Shown here piece after piece: positions 1 through 9,589 of a stretch of DNA of 64,000 nucleotides. Under the pieces are notes generated by a model. That model saw only the letters and a program-made list of their open reading frames with translations, had not been told where the DNA came from and ran no database searches. Made by a program: the position numbers and the translations under genes. Positions within the stretch are counted from its first letter, which is position 1. Each line of letters opens with the position of its first letter. The DNA lies in the NCBI GenBank assembly GCA_043757545.1, contig JAYVPG010000069.1:78282-142281 (forward strand). Reading direction: 5' to 3'. The DNA comes from Pseudobdellovibrionaceae bacterium (GTDB lineage Bacteria > Bdellovibrionota > Bdellovibrionia > Bdellovibrionales > UBA1609).

Positions 1-4
1 AAAA

Positions 5-733
5 GTGATTGAGGTCGTCACCAGCCCGCTGACTTGGCCACAAGTTTATGTACTACAGCGGGCGCTCGATCGACTGAAGCTCAATGGCGCGAGTGGAACC
101 ACTGCAGAGCAGGCGGTTTCGTTGCAAGTGAATGTCGAGATGGGCACGGGCCAAATTGATAAAATCGACACCGAGAAAGTTCTCAAAATTTTACGCAATT
201 ACCTGCAAGAAGAAAATCACAGAGAGATCGAGCAACGCCTTCAGGTTCCTGACATTCGCAAAGCCTACGTTGGCCGCCCCACGCCTGGTTTCCTTAAGCG
301 ACTCTTTTCTGCCGACTACCACCCCACTCGTCATCAGCTCTATATGGATTCAATGTACCGCTCTTGCCTTGAGCAGCTCGGCGACCCAAAGGCTTGGCAG
401 TACACCGATCAAGAAGCGTCTGCGCAACTCTCTGCACGAGTGAAAGAAAAGAATTTTGAAATTCTGTTACCAGTCATAAAATGGAATTTTGTCCGCTATT
501 CGTCGCTTATGATGTTTCTGTTCCCGGACGAATGGCTCAGCAGGTACTTATTCGCCACCGACTGGTTCAAGCCGTATCCCATTCTTGAATTCCGCGAGCC
601 AAACAACGACTTCAAAGCCGTCGATACAGTCGAGTGGATTCTAGAGTTTGTTGCCGCCAGCGAATCCGAAGGCGCTTTCACTGGAAGCAGTCTGCATTCC
701 TCAACTGCATGTGAAGCTGAACTGACCCACTGA
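5..733 (+). CDS. hypothetical protein, probably 5'-truncated by the window edge
   Basis: The ORF frame stays open upstream of the GTG at 5 to position 2. No motif recognised. Confidence 0.5.
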   Translation: MIEVVTSPLTWPQVYVLQRALDRLKLNGASGTTAEQAVSLQVNVEMGTGQIDKIDTEKVLKILRNYLQEENHREIEQRLQVPDIRKAYVGRPTPGFLKRLFSADYHPTRHQLYMDSMYRSCLEQLGDPKAWQYTDQEASAQLSARVKEKNFEILLPVIKWNFVRYSSLMMFLFPDEWLSRYLFATDWFKPYPILEFREPNNDFKAVDTVEWILEFVAASESEGAFTGSSLHSSTACEAELTH

Positions 734-748
734 TTTCAAGGAACGTTT

Positions 749-2008
749 TTAAACCGCGATTTTTATTCGCGGGTTTTGCAGGATCGGCAATTTCACGACA
801 AATCGAGTGTAAGACGCATGCGTGTCCAACCAAAAATGGCCGCCGTGATCCGCCACCATACTGCGCGAAACGCTTAACCCCAATCCAGTTCCCTTGCCCG
901 CTTCTTTAGTCGTAAAAAACGGCTGCATGATTTTATCGCGTATCTCAGCCGGAACTCCACCGCCCGAGTCACTGACCGAAATCAGGACTGAACCTTGTCC
1001 GTCGCTAAAGCACTCGAGCCGAATCCACTTATTCTCCAAATTTTTAATCGCGTCATAGGAGTTGTTTAGTAAATTAACCAAAACCTGAGAGATCTGCGAG
1101 CCACGGCACTCGATCTCGACATCTTGGGGAGCGGTCACAGTCAATCCCACTCCGGTCGTGGTAAATCGTTCAGCGCAAAGCGCAACCGTATCCGCAATCA
1201 CCAAATCCACTTTGACCTTACAAAAAGGGTCTTTCTCACTGTTGCGGGAAAATGCGCGCAGGCCCTTCACGATACTGGTAATTCGCCCTACCGTAATTTG
1301 GATTTTCTCAAGATCGCTCAAAATATTCTCTCGTGTCTCCGAGTTTTCACTGTATCTAAAGATAAGATCTTCGACTCTTGTCACAATGATCGTTAGCGGA
1401 TTGTTAATTTCATGGGCCACTCCACCCGCCATTTCACCAAGCGAAGCCATTTTTGAGGCTTGAATCAATCTGGCTTCCGCCAATTTCAATTCGTCATTCT
1501 TCGCGAGCATTTGCGCAACCATTCGTCTTGCCTCAAGCTGCGCGGTCACTTGGCGCGACAAATTTTTCAACAGATCGATCTGCACCGAAGTCAACTTCCT
1601 GGCGACATGGTCAATCACACAAAGTGTTCCGAGTGCTTGACCACTCGGACTCATCAACGGGACACCGGCATAAAAGCGAACTCTGGTCGCACCGGCAACC
1701 AAGGGGTTGTCTGAAAAACGAATGTCGTGAGCGGCATCTTCTACAATAAAGATATCTTGCTGAAGTATGGCGTGGCCGCAAAAAGAGATGTCGCGATCCG
1801 TTTGCTGGGCATCGAGTCCATGCCTGGACTTAAACCACTGACGATCCGAGTCGATCAGACTGATCAAGGCAATCGGAGTTTCGCAAACTGACGCCGCCAA
1901 CTCAGTGAGATCATCGTAGAGAGGGTCGGGCGCCGTGTCCAGCACACAGTAACTGCGCAGTGTCGCTAAACGATCCGCTTCATTTTCGGGAACTGGTGCT
2001 TTTTTCAT
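749..2008 (-). CDS. cytoplasmic GAF-domain sensor histidine kinase
   Basis: N-terminal GAF-like region. H-box [11 protein letters not shown]-box [13 protein letters not shown]-boxes DSGGGVP and [14 protein letters not shown] at 2008 is preceded by GAGGG. The track ORF starts two codons earlier at a GTG. Confidence 0.85.
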   Translation of the reverse strand: MKKAPVPENEADRLATLRSYCVLDTAPDPLYDDLTELAASVCETPIALISLIDSDRQWFKSRHGLDAQQTDRDISFCGHAILQQDIFIVEDAAHDIRFSDNPLVAGATRVRFYAGVPLMSPSGQALGTLCVIDHVARKLTSVQIDLLKNLSRQVTAQLEARRMVAQMLAKNDELKLAEARLIQASKMASLGEMAGGVAHEINNPLTIIVTRVEDLIFRYSENSETRENILSDLEKIQITVGRITSIVKGLRAFSRNSEKDPFCKVKVDLVIADTVALCAERFTTTGVGLTVTAPQDVEIECRGSQISQVLVNLLNNSYDAIKNLENKWIRLECFSDGQGSVLISVSDSGGGVPAEIRDKIMQPFFTTKEAGKGTGLGLSVSRSMVADHGGHFWLDTHASYTRFVVKLPILQNPRIKIAV

Positions 2009-2032
2009 GTGCACCCTCTATCGGCATATAAA

Positions 2033-2068
2033 ATACTTTTGTTTATTAACTAAATATACTTTTGTTTA
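2033..2068. promoter_or_regulatory. two copies of a 13-bp direct repeat ATACTTTTGTTTA, 23 bp apart, in a divergent promoter region
   Basis: Exact copies at 2033-2045 and 2056-2068, 25-60 bp upstream of the histidine kinase start. A CGAGGC...GCCTCG hairpin follows at 2071-2097. Confidence 0.4.
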
Positions 2069-2272
2069 GTCGAGGCTTAACGCAAACCTATGGCCTCGAA
2101 TTTACGATGCTTTGAACCTTTTTCATCTATGCCCAAAATTTGATCGTCCTCTATTTATATTGTGCTCCCACCACCGCCTAGCGTCCGTCTGAGCTGGCCC
2201 ATTTCTTTCAATGACCTGCCCTGCACTGAATCGCAGCCCTGTTGGCCCTTTTATATTCTGAGGAGGATATAC

Positions 2273-2713
2273 ATGTCTTTAGGAAGAAATCTGGCTCTCG
2301 CCCTGGCCCTTGCACTCGGACTTTCATTCGCCTACGCCGTCCCGGCTCAGGCAAAGGTTAAGATCCGCGTGAATTTGAACCTCTACCCACAGCCAGGTTA
2401 TGGCGACCCGTACTACGGTGGTGGAGATCCCTACCCCAACGACGGCTATGACAACGGATACGGCGGCGACCCCTACCCCAACGACGGCTATGACAACGGA
2501 TACGGCGACCCGGGATATGGATACCCAGGATATCGACGCCACAATCGTGGTTTTTCTTGTACTGCAACAAATCGTCGCGGATATCAGTTCACCGGCGTAG
2601 GCATGAGTCGTCAAGATGCAAGTGACGAGGCTTGGAGAGCTTGCAGAGCCTCGTCCCGCAGATGCATTCCAGATCCGCTGGAGACTTGTGAACGCATTCG
2701 TTTGCGTCGATAG
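2273..2713 (+). CDS. small secreted protein with G/D/P/Y/N repeats and a Cys-containing C-terminal domain
   Basis: AGGAGG at 2261-2266 lies 6 nt before the ATG at 2273. Signal peptide MSLGRNLALALALALGLSFAYAVPAQA. Tandem GDPYPNDGYDNGYG units. Four Cys in the last 50 aa. Confidence 0.6.
   Translation: MSLGRNLALALALALGLSFAYAVPAQAKVKIRVNLNLYPQPGYGDPYYGGGDPYPNDGYDNGYGGDPYPNDGYDNGYGDPGYGYPGYRRHNRGFSCTATNRRGYQFTGVGMSRQDASDEAWRACRASSRRCIPDPLETCERIRLRR
2429..2507 (+). repeat. 42-bp-period tandem duplication (37 bp identical) inside the small secreted protein gene
   Basis: CCCTACCCCAACGACGGCTATGACAACGGATACGGCG occurs at 2429-2465 and again at 2471-2507. Confidence 0.9.
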
Positions 2714-2970
2714 TTTCTTAACATAGAATGAATTGGCGCGGCTCCGTTCTACGGAGCCGTCTCCCATCCGATCTCAAATTGATACAAACCCACTGAGTTA
2801 TCACTCTGATGCGTCAAGCATGACGCCCAACCGACTAGAATTCGACGCCTCGACGTTCGCTAAGTCCTTAAAAGCTCGAGCGCAAATCCGGTTCCCCAAT
2901 TGCAATTACCAAATGCCAAGCGCATTCAGCGCCGCGGACTTTACTTCAATCTAAAAAGGGGAACTTTAAT

Positions 2971-3846
2971 ATGACGACAGCGGATGCATTCACCGGATTA
3001 AACAAATTTATTTTACCTGCACTCTTCGTCCTATTTAATACGGGCTGCAGCAGCAGCGACTCCCCTGCCTCAGGCTCCGCAACCGCGGCAGCGCTCCCCT
3101 GTCCGACCTCCAATGTCGCCTTTGCTGTCAACGTCTCGAACCAACTCATCTGCTTTTCGCTCGCTACATCTGCAACGATTCCTCGAACCATGAATCTCAG
3201 TGGAATGGCCGCCGGAGAAGACATGCTCGCCATCGATTTTCGCCCAGCCACCGGCGAACTCTATGGCCTTGGCAGCACCGGGCAGCTATACACGATCGAT
3301 AAAACGAGCGGTGCCGCAACCCTTGTTGGAACGCCCGTCGCTTACACCGGCGCGACCTACTTTGGCTTTGATATCAACCCGGTGGTCGATCGCATTCGCG
3401 TCACGACCGACAACCAACTCAACGCTCGATTGAATCCGCTCACAGGAGTGATGATCGCGGACACCAATCTCAACTATGCGGTCGGTGATCTTCATGTTGG
3501 GGCGACTCCGTCAATTGTGGCTTCTGCATATAGCGACAATTTTGCGGGAACTCTGACGACTACACTCTATGGCATTGATCGCAGTTTAGATATTTTGGTG
3601 ACACAGAGTCCCCCCAATAATGGATCGCTCAATACAGTTGGTTCGCTTGGCTTCAACACGGATCTGAATACGTCGTTCGATATTTTTACCGATTCACTCA
3701 GCGTCAATCACGCCTATGCCGTGCTAACTCCCCCGTCTAGTACGACGTCTAAGTTATTCACCATCAATCTCACGACCGGTGCCGCGACTCTAGTCGATAC
3801 GGTTGGTGGAGGGTCAGTGATACGTGCCTTTGCGATTGCACCGTAA
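2971..3846 (+). CDS. DUF4394-like lipoprotein
   Basis: Lipobox LFNTGC. IDFRPATGELYGLGSTGQLYTID, GFDINPVVDRIRV and RLNPLTG match my recollection of the DUF4394 repeat signature. Confidence 0.65.
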   Translation: MTTADAFTGLNKFILPALFVLFNTGCSSSDSPASGSATAAALPCPTSNVAFAVNVSNQLICFSLATSATIPRTMNLSGMAAGEDMLAIDFRPATGELYGLGSTGQLYTIDKTSGAATLVGTPVAYTGATYFGFDINPVVDRIRVTTDNQLNARLNPLTGVMIADTNLNYAVGDLHVGATPSIVASAYSDNFAGTLTTTLYGIDRSLDILVTQSPPNNGSLNTVGSLGFNTDLNTSFDIFTDSLSVNHAYAVLTPPSSTTSKLFTINLTTGAATLVDTVGGGSVIRAFAIAP

Positions 3847-3911
3847 TCGAATGCGATGGTAAACTTGCAGAAAGATCTGGAGGGAAAATCACTGCTCCTA
3901 GCCTGAACCGA

Positions 3912-4565
3912 ATGATGCGGATTCTCACTGTGTTGAGTTTGGCCTTTTCCCAGGTCGCACCGGCGCAGATACCATCACTCGTTGGTGACGTATATCGTTA
4001 TGAAGTCGTGTCTCCCGACGCCAGTGAAAACTCCGTGACCGCCCCCCGAAAATCTATATCCGCAGCGATGGAGGGGTCTTGGTACTCTGGCTGCGAATAT
4101 TCGCCTGCATTCAATAGCAATCTTAAGTATTCCATTGAGTTTAAACCAACCACCAACTCGATGGATAAACTGATCAACGTTTACAAAGGGAGCGATGGCC
4201 GCACTTGTGAGGACTTGGCAGAAGTCGTCACTGAGAGCTACACCTATGTCCTGACGCCGATCGCTGAGAAACCAAATACCTATGCAATCAAAACAACTCT
4301 GCTCACGCGAGCGGCCACACCTGTCACGTTGGAAGTCCGAGTAATTACCGACGGTGAGGCGGGTAAACCTCATGGACGAGAAAAAATTCCACCATCTGAC
4401 ATTCGTTTGCCGGCGCGAAAAGTCGGGTATAATTTGCTGCAAATTCGCGACGGCAATCTCTACTTGGGACTTTTAACTAAGAAAACCGATGGCGGCACCT
4501 TAGGCTCGCGCCCCACCCAGCTCGATATGAATCATCCGCTGATGAATACTCCTGGTACGAATTAG
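3912..4565 (+). CDS. secreted hypothetical protein
   Basis: Signal-peptide-like N-terminus MMRILTVLSLAFSQVAPAQ. No recognisable motif. Confidence 0.5.
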   Translation: MMRILTVLSLAFSQVAPAQIPSLVGDVYRYEVVSPDASENSVTAPRKSISAAMEGSWYSGCEYSPAFNSNLKYSIEFKPTTNSMDKLINVYKGSDGRTCEDLAEVVTESYTYVLTPIAEKPNTYAIKTTLLTRAATPVTLEVRVITDGEAGKPHGREKIPPSDIRLPARKVGYNLLQIRDGNLYLGLLTKKTDGGTLGSRPTQLDMNHPLMNTPGTN

Positions 4566-4648
4566 GTCATTTCAATTGGTTAAAATATTTTCGCCGGTCC
4601 ACTCAATTTCAGTACCGCATTGACGACGGATCAGCCTAAAATTTCGTT

Positions 4649-6052
4649 ATGTCTTTCAATTCGATGTCCTATCTGTTGTTCCTACCCCTAATCACTGGGC
4701 TTAACTATCTCTGTCCACGACCATGGCGATGGTCAGTTTTGCTATTCGCTAGCTGCTACTTTTACGCTGTCTTTATCCCTCGCTATTTGCTGATTTTATT
4801 TTTCATTATCCTCGTCGACTATGCCTCAGGTTTGGTTATTGAATCCGCGCAGGGTTTAAAGCGGAAAATATTTCTTGGTGTCAGTCTTATGACGAATTGT
4901 GCAGTTCTTTTTGTTTTTAAGTATTTCGATTTTTTCGCGGTGAATACCGCCAAGCTTGGGGAATTTCTTGGCTGGAGCTACTCCCCCGGTGCACTCGGGC
5001 TTCTGCTCCCCATCGGGCTGTCGTTTCATACTTTTCAAGCCATGAGCTACACGCTCGAGGTCTACTATGGCCGACAAAGGGCCGAGCGCCATTTGGGAAT
5101 CTATGCGCTTTACGTTTTGTTTTTTCCTCAGTTGGTGGCTGGACCGATTGAACGACCGCAAAATCTGCTGCCTCAGTTGCACGCTATGCGGGGATTCAAC
5201 TCGCTCGCCGCGGTCACCGGCCTGCGCTTAATTCTTTGGGGGATTTTTAAAAAAGCGGTTTTGGCCGATCGACTGGGAGTATTGGTCGATGCCGCCTATG
5301 GCGGAAGCTGGCAGTTGACCACCGGGCTCGCGTTTATTATTGCGAACATTTGCTTCGCCTTTCAAATTTACTACGACTTCTCTGGATATTCCGACATTGC
5401 GCGTGGATCGGCGCGAATTTTGGGTGTTGAGCTGATGAAAAATTTTGATTTTCCGTACTTTTCCACGTCCGTCGCAGAATTTTGGCGGCGCTGGCATATT
5501 TCACTATCCAACTGGTTTAGGGACTATATCTTTATCCCATTGGGTGGAAGCCGGGGTTCGCGAGGAAAGACCTTGCACAATTTATTTATCGTTTTTCTCT
5601 TGAGCGGGCTCTGGCATGGAGCGAACTTCACATTTCTGGCCTGGGGACTACTCCACTTCTTTTATATCGCGGTCTTAATATATTGCGCGGAAATCGTTTT
5701 CCCAGTGCAGATTCCAAAGTTTCTAAAATGTATCGGCACTTTTTTCTGGATAACCTTGGCCTGGGTATTTTTCCGTGCCTCTGACGTTGCTCAAATCAGC
5801 GAGATTTTATCAGAGATGACACTTATCGACGGCCGACTGATTCCGGTCTTGCTTCAAGCGGAAACTCTCATTTGTCTTTCGCTTATTGCGCTGACTACGC
5901 TGGCTGAGTATTTTTGGTTTATCGGCAAGGGTGAAGTTTGGCTCGAAAATTCGCCGCGCGCGTTGCGCTGGGGTGCATATTACGCGATGACCCTGGCGGT
6001 TTTTATATTTGGAGTTTTTAAACATGAATCATTCATTTATTTTCAATTTTAA
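4649..6052 (+). CDS. MBOAT-family membrane O-acyltransferase (AlgI/DltB/PatA-like)
   Basis: Polytopic. FWRRWHISLSNWFRDYIFIPLGG and LSGLWHGANF carry the conserved MBOAT His residues. Confidence 0.9.
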   Translation: MSFNSMSYLLFLPLITGLNYLCPRPWRWSVLLFASCYFYAVFIPRYLLILFFIILVDYASGLVIESAQGLKRKIFLGVSLMTNCAVLFVFKYFDFFAVNTAKLGEFLGWSYSPGALGLLLPIGLSFHTFQAMSYTLEVYYGRQRAERHLGIYALYVLFFPQLVAGPIERPQNLLPQLHAMRGFNSLAAVTGLRLILWGIFKKAVLADRLGVLVDAAYGGSWQLTTGLAFIIANICFAFQIYYDFSGYSDIARGSARILGVELMKNFDFPYFSTSVAEFWRRWHISLSNWFRDYIFIPLGGSRGSRGKTLHNLFIVFLLSGLWHGANFTFLAWGLLHFFYIAVLIYCAEIVFPVQIPKFLKCIGTFFWITLAWVFFRASDVAQISEILSEMTLIDGRLIPVLLQAETLICLSLIALTTLAEYFWFIGKGEVWLENSPRALRWGAYYAMTLAVFIFGVFKHESFIYFQF

Positions 6053-7002
6053 TGAGAAATAATAAATTATTTTTTATTAAAGCCGCAGCTTTCCTTCTGC
6101 CACTGCTGATCGCTGCGGGATTTGTAGAGCTACGTCTTCGCGCGGCACCTTCGAGCTATGCGTTTAAACGTCGCCTGATCGATCAAGTGGGTAGCAAGGC
6201 GCGCGTGCTCGTCTTTGGGACCTCGCATGCCTACTATGATTTTAACCCCGAGGTCTTTTCGATGCCGGGATTCAATTTGGCTAACACCAGCCAAAGTTTA
6301 GTTTTGGACCAGCAAATATTCGTGCGATTCTTGCCGAATTTCACTGATCTGAAAATCGTTGTTTTAAATCTCTCATATTTTTCATTTGAATACCGTCTCT
6401 ACGGCAACAACGACGACTACCGCGAATTTCTATACCGCAGACATTTTAATATCCCTGGTGATGGAGGGCCGGCTTCACAATTCAATATTCGCGACTTCAG
6501 TCTCTTGGCTGCCTTCAGCATCGACATGATCAGGGATATTCTTTTCCACGGCTTTGGGCAGAATTTGGCGCGTGAGGTGAATCGGACGGGATGGTTTGAC
6601 TCGAGTCATTCCTCCTATGCCACAGCCCCAATCAGCGAAGCCGCAGGGAAAGGCCGGGCCGACTACCATACGAGTACACTCAAGCCAGAACTCACTGAGG
6701 AAAATATCGCGGCGATTGGAGCGATCATCGCCTTGGCAAAAAGCAGAAATATTCAGGTCGTTCTGGCTCAGGCGCCCGCATTTGAAACTTACACCCGCCA
6801 CCTTGACCCCGCAGCTGAAGTCCGCTTTCACAATAATATTCATAGATTGCAAACGATGTTTGGATTAGCGTTCTATGACTATCTTCGGGATCCACGTTTT
6901 CAAATGGAAGATTTTTATAACAATGATCATTTGAATTCCTCTGGCGCAAGTAAGTTCAGCAAGATCTTTGATCAGGAGGTTCTATGGCGTACAATCAAAT
7001 GA
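6052..7002 (+). CDS. membrane-anchored SGNH/DltD/AlgJ-like acyl-transfer partner (putative)
   Basis: Start overlaps the MBOAT stop (TAATG). Single N-terminal TM. FGTSHAYYDF is block-I-like and NNDHLNSSGASKF is DxxH block-V-like. Confidence 0.5.
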   Translation: MRNNKLFFIKAAAFLLPLLIAAGFVELRLRAAPSSYAFKRRLIDQVGSKARVLVFGTSHAYYDFNPEVFSMPGFNLANTSQSLVLDQQIFVRFLPNFTDLKIVVLNLSYFSFEYRLYGNNDDYREFLYRRHFNIPGDGGPASQFNIRDFSLLAAFSIDMIRDILFHGFGQNLAREVNRTGWFDSSHSSYATAPISEAAGKGRADYHTSTLKPELTEENIAAIGAIIALAKSRNIQVVLAQAPAFETYTRHLDPAAEVRFHNNIHRLQTMFGLAFYDYLRDPRFQMEDFYNNDHLNSSGASKFSKIFDQEVLWRTIK

Positions 7003-8126
7003 TGCGTCAGCAGTGGATCTTTTCAGCCGTCGTTGATTGCAGCCTTATATTGGCTGGCTTTTCCTTATGCGTTCTTCTGAGCGTCTTTCACCCCTTTGCG
7101 CTCGACGTGCGCATTGCCATTCTACTCTTTGCGTGCGACCGATTTTTAGCTTCGGCACACTCTTGGTCGACAACCTATATGGTTATGGGTTCGAAAATTT
7201 TTTCTTCGCTCCGGCGACAAAGTCCCAATCGCTTTTTTTGGATTCCTATTCTTATCTTTTTGTTCTCGTTAATTGTTGGCGTTTTTGTCGCAAAGGTCGT
7301 GAATATTTCCGACAGTGGCGAAGTCGATTGGCAGAGTTTTATTTATTACGTTCCTTTTATTGGATTTTTTTGGGTGGGACATTTTTGGCACTTTGGCCGA
7401 CAAGACTTTGGAGTTCTGTCACTTTATCGCAAGCGCTGTCACCAATCGAACGCGAAGGATCGCCTGATCGATGAGCGATTCACGCAAGTGATGATGTACG
7501 TGATTCAACCCATCGTTTACTTTCGCGCCTTTTCCCGTTCGCCATTCACGGTGCTCATACACGACCTAACTGGTGTTCAGGCGATCATCGACCCGCTGGC
7601 GATTTTCGCGTGCACGGTAGCGGTGGTCATGTTTCTCTGCATTTTCATATTTGAACTCAGTAAGCCGAATCGCTCGTTTGGAAAGCTGCTTTATTACTTT
7701 GTGATTCTATTTCACCCCTTGTTCCTCTATTTCTCGACGACGATCCTCTTCTACTATTGGCACCTTGCCTATCTGTGGAGCCACTGGCTAATTGCCATCG
7801 CCCTCACCGCCCGGGTGAATGTCGGATATAATTTAAAAACTGGGATGTCGCTACGTCGCGCACTGCTCAGTCACGCGGCCATCATTGGACTGATCGTGAT
7901 CGTCGTTGGAATTTATGTAGAACCATTTAAAGAGATGTCGCTACTTTCAAAAGATTTTATCGACGCCCGCGAAATCATTCGCCTGCTGCCACCGAGCACC
8001 TACACACTTGTCGGCCTGTTCTTTGGCTTCACTCTGGGCGAGCAGCTCGTGCACTACTACTGCGACCGCTGCCTATTTCGCTTCAAGGATGAAAGAGTCC
8101 GCGCTACGATTGGGCCTTTGCTTTAG
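6984..8126 (+). CDS. polytopic membrane protein with His-rich motifs, unknown function
   Basis: About 9-10 hydrophobic segments. GHFWHFGRQDFG, YWHLAYLWSHW and HYYCD motifs. Overlaps the preceding gene by 19 nt. Confidence 0.55.
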   Translation: MAYNQMMRQQWIFSAVVDCSLILAGFSLCVLLSVFHPFALDVRIAILLFACDRFLASAHSWSTTYMVMGSKIFSSLRRQSPNRFFWIPILIFLFSLIVGVFVAKVVNISDSGEVDWQSFIYYVPFIGFFWVGHFWHFGRQDFGVLSLYRKRCHQSNAKDRLIDERFTQVMMYVIQPIVYFRAFSRSPFTVLIHDLTGVQAIIDPLAIFACTVAVVMFLCIFIFELSKPNRSFGKLLYYFVILFHPLFLYFSTTILFYYWHLAYLWSHWLIAIALTARVNVGYNLKTGMSLRRALLSHAAIIGLIVIVVGIYVEPFKEMSLLSKDFIDAREIIRLLPPSTYTLVGLFFGFTLGEQLVHYYCDRCLFRFKDERVRATIGPLL

Positions 8127-8143
8127 AATATAGGAGGCGAACG

Positions 8144-8461
8144 ATGCCACTGATCGATTTGACCAATGAAAATTTTGATACCGAGATCGAACGCTGCCCG
8201 CTGATGATCTTGGACTTTTGGGCGCCTTGGTGCGCGCCTTGCAAAGCTTTTCGTCCTGTTTTCGACGCTGCGGCGGAGAGACATCCTGACATTCTCTTCG
8301 CGCGGGTCAATACGGAAGAGGAGCCGGTGTTGGCGAAGCAGTTTGAAATTTTGAGTATACCGACTTTGCTCGCGAGCAAGGATGGGACGGTTGTGCAGGT
8401 TCAGTTGGGGACGCTGACTGCGGATAAATTTGAGAAGTTGATTGGGAAGTTGCGGGGGTAG
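8144..8461 (+). CDS. trxA: thioredoxin
   Basis: WAPWCAPCK active site, 105 aa. AGGAGG lies 6 nt upstream of the ATG. Confidence 0.9.
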   Translation: MPLIDLTNENFDTEIERCPLMILDFWAPWCAPCKAFRPVFDAAAERHPDILFARVNTEEEPVLAKQFEILSIPTLLASKDGTVVQVQLGTLTADKFEKLIGKLRG

Positions 8462-8481
8462 GTGGGGGATGCTTGAAGAGG

Positions 8482-9009
8482 TTATGTAGACTTCGCAATC
8501 AGCTTTTCTAAAATTTTTGTTTCTGATAATTTCGTTTTCTTTTTGAGCATATTAATTTTTTCAATCGTGGAGGGACTGAACCTGAAAGTCTTCATGACCT
8601 TCTTTTCCTCAAATTTTTTAACCCGACCGTCTTTCAAACGATTATTCAGCCACAGTTTTAATTTTTCGGTAGTGATCCCAAAAAATTCACCCGCCATATT
8701 TTCTTCCAGCAATTCGATGACCTTCCGCAACTCTGTGTGTATTGCTGGATTATAGTTGAAGTGCTTTTTCATGCGCATAACAGCCGCAGGCAAGACCTCT
8801 AAAATTCGTGGCTCAACATTCTCACCTGCCCAAATTGCATCTTCAATATCAATTCGAATATTGGGTGTTCGAGGAATCTGGTGGTTGGTAAAAAGAAATC
8901 CCTTTGCGACTAAGAAGCCGATGGTTCTAAGGTAGCGGGGATCTCGCCTATTTTTCTTGTTAAGCGCCGCCGCTCTTTTTGCCTGTTCTAAAATATCTTC
9001 TCTCTTCAT
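8482..9009 (-). CDS. hypothetical protein with a C-terminal ribbon-helix-helix-like tail
   Basis: A+T-rich gene. C-terminus KTFRFSPSTIEKINMLKKKTKLSETKILEKLI resembles a CopG/RHH strand-helix-helix. Overlaps the upstream gene by ATGA. Confidence 0.5.
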   Translation of the reverse strand: MKREDILEQAKRAAALNKKNRRDPRYLRTIGFLVAKGFLFTNHQIPRTPNIRIDIEDAIWAGENVEPRILEVLPAAVMRMKKHFNYNPAIHTELRKVIELLEENMAGEFFGITTEKLKLWLNNRLKDGRVKKFEEKKVMKTFRFSPSTIEKINMLKKKTKLSETKILEKLIAKST

Positions 9010-9518
9010 TTCTTTGCCTTATTAAAAATTTTAGTTAAATCTCCGCCTTCAGATTCAATCCTCGAAATAAGCGTCTTAAATAAACCAGTCTCAACCACAC
9101 TACTCTGAATTAGCTGACGATTTTTCTCAGGAGCCTTAACTGCCTTGCTTACGATTACGGATTCAGAATCTAGACGCGCTACCGCTACATTTTTAAAATC
9201 AAAAATATCTAATTCCCGACTATCTTTTGGGATAAAAATCTTGTCGCTATCCTCGTCGTAAATGAGTCCCTTTTCCTTCAATAACTCTTTGAGCTTTTGC
9301 TTAACGAAATATTCCATATCCAGTTTCGCATCCAGATCTGCCGTTTGGAGTAAACCCAGCCTAACTGATAACTTCTTATCCAATAGCAAACTCGTCTGGC
9401 CCAAAATCAGAACCTTGGACTTCTTCAAGGCGGGCTCGCCGTCTTCGCGCCGCCGAAAATTTTCCTTGTCCACACGTTGATCCAGCTTAGTAAAAATCTC
9501 TTTTATGAGTTCTTCCAT
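9006..9518 (-). CDS. hypothetical protein with a minimal-nucleotidyltransferase-like signature
   Basis: ILGQTS, then about 17 aa, then TADLDAKLD fits the G-S ... D-x-D NTase pattern. A later helix KAVKAPEKNRQLI follows. A+T-rich. Confidence 0.45.
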   Translation of the reverse strand: MEELIKEIFTKLDQRVDKENFRRREDGEPALKKSKVLILGQTSLLLDKKLSVRLGLLQTADLDAKLDMEYFVKQKLKELLKEKGLIYDEDSDKIFIPKDSRELDIFDFKNVAVARLDSESVIVSKAVKAPEKNRQLIQSSVVETGLFKTLISRIESEGGDLTKIFNKAKK

Positions 9519-9589
9519 ATCCCTATTATCGGCTATTTTAAATAAATTGTAAATACGATATTTATATCAATAAATACAGATAGATATGA

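Noticed and set aside
2324-2767. 147-aa minus-strand ORF opposite the small secreted repeat protein
   Set aside because: The plus-strand frame has a strong RBS, a signal peptide and in-frame repeats. The antisense ORF has none of these.
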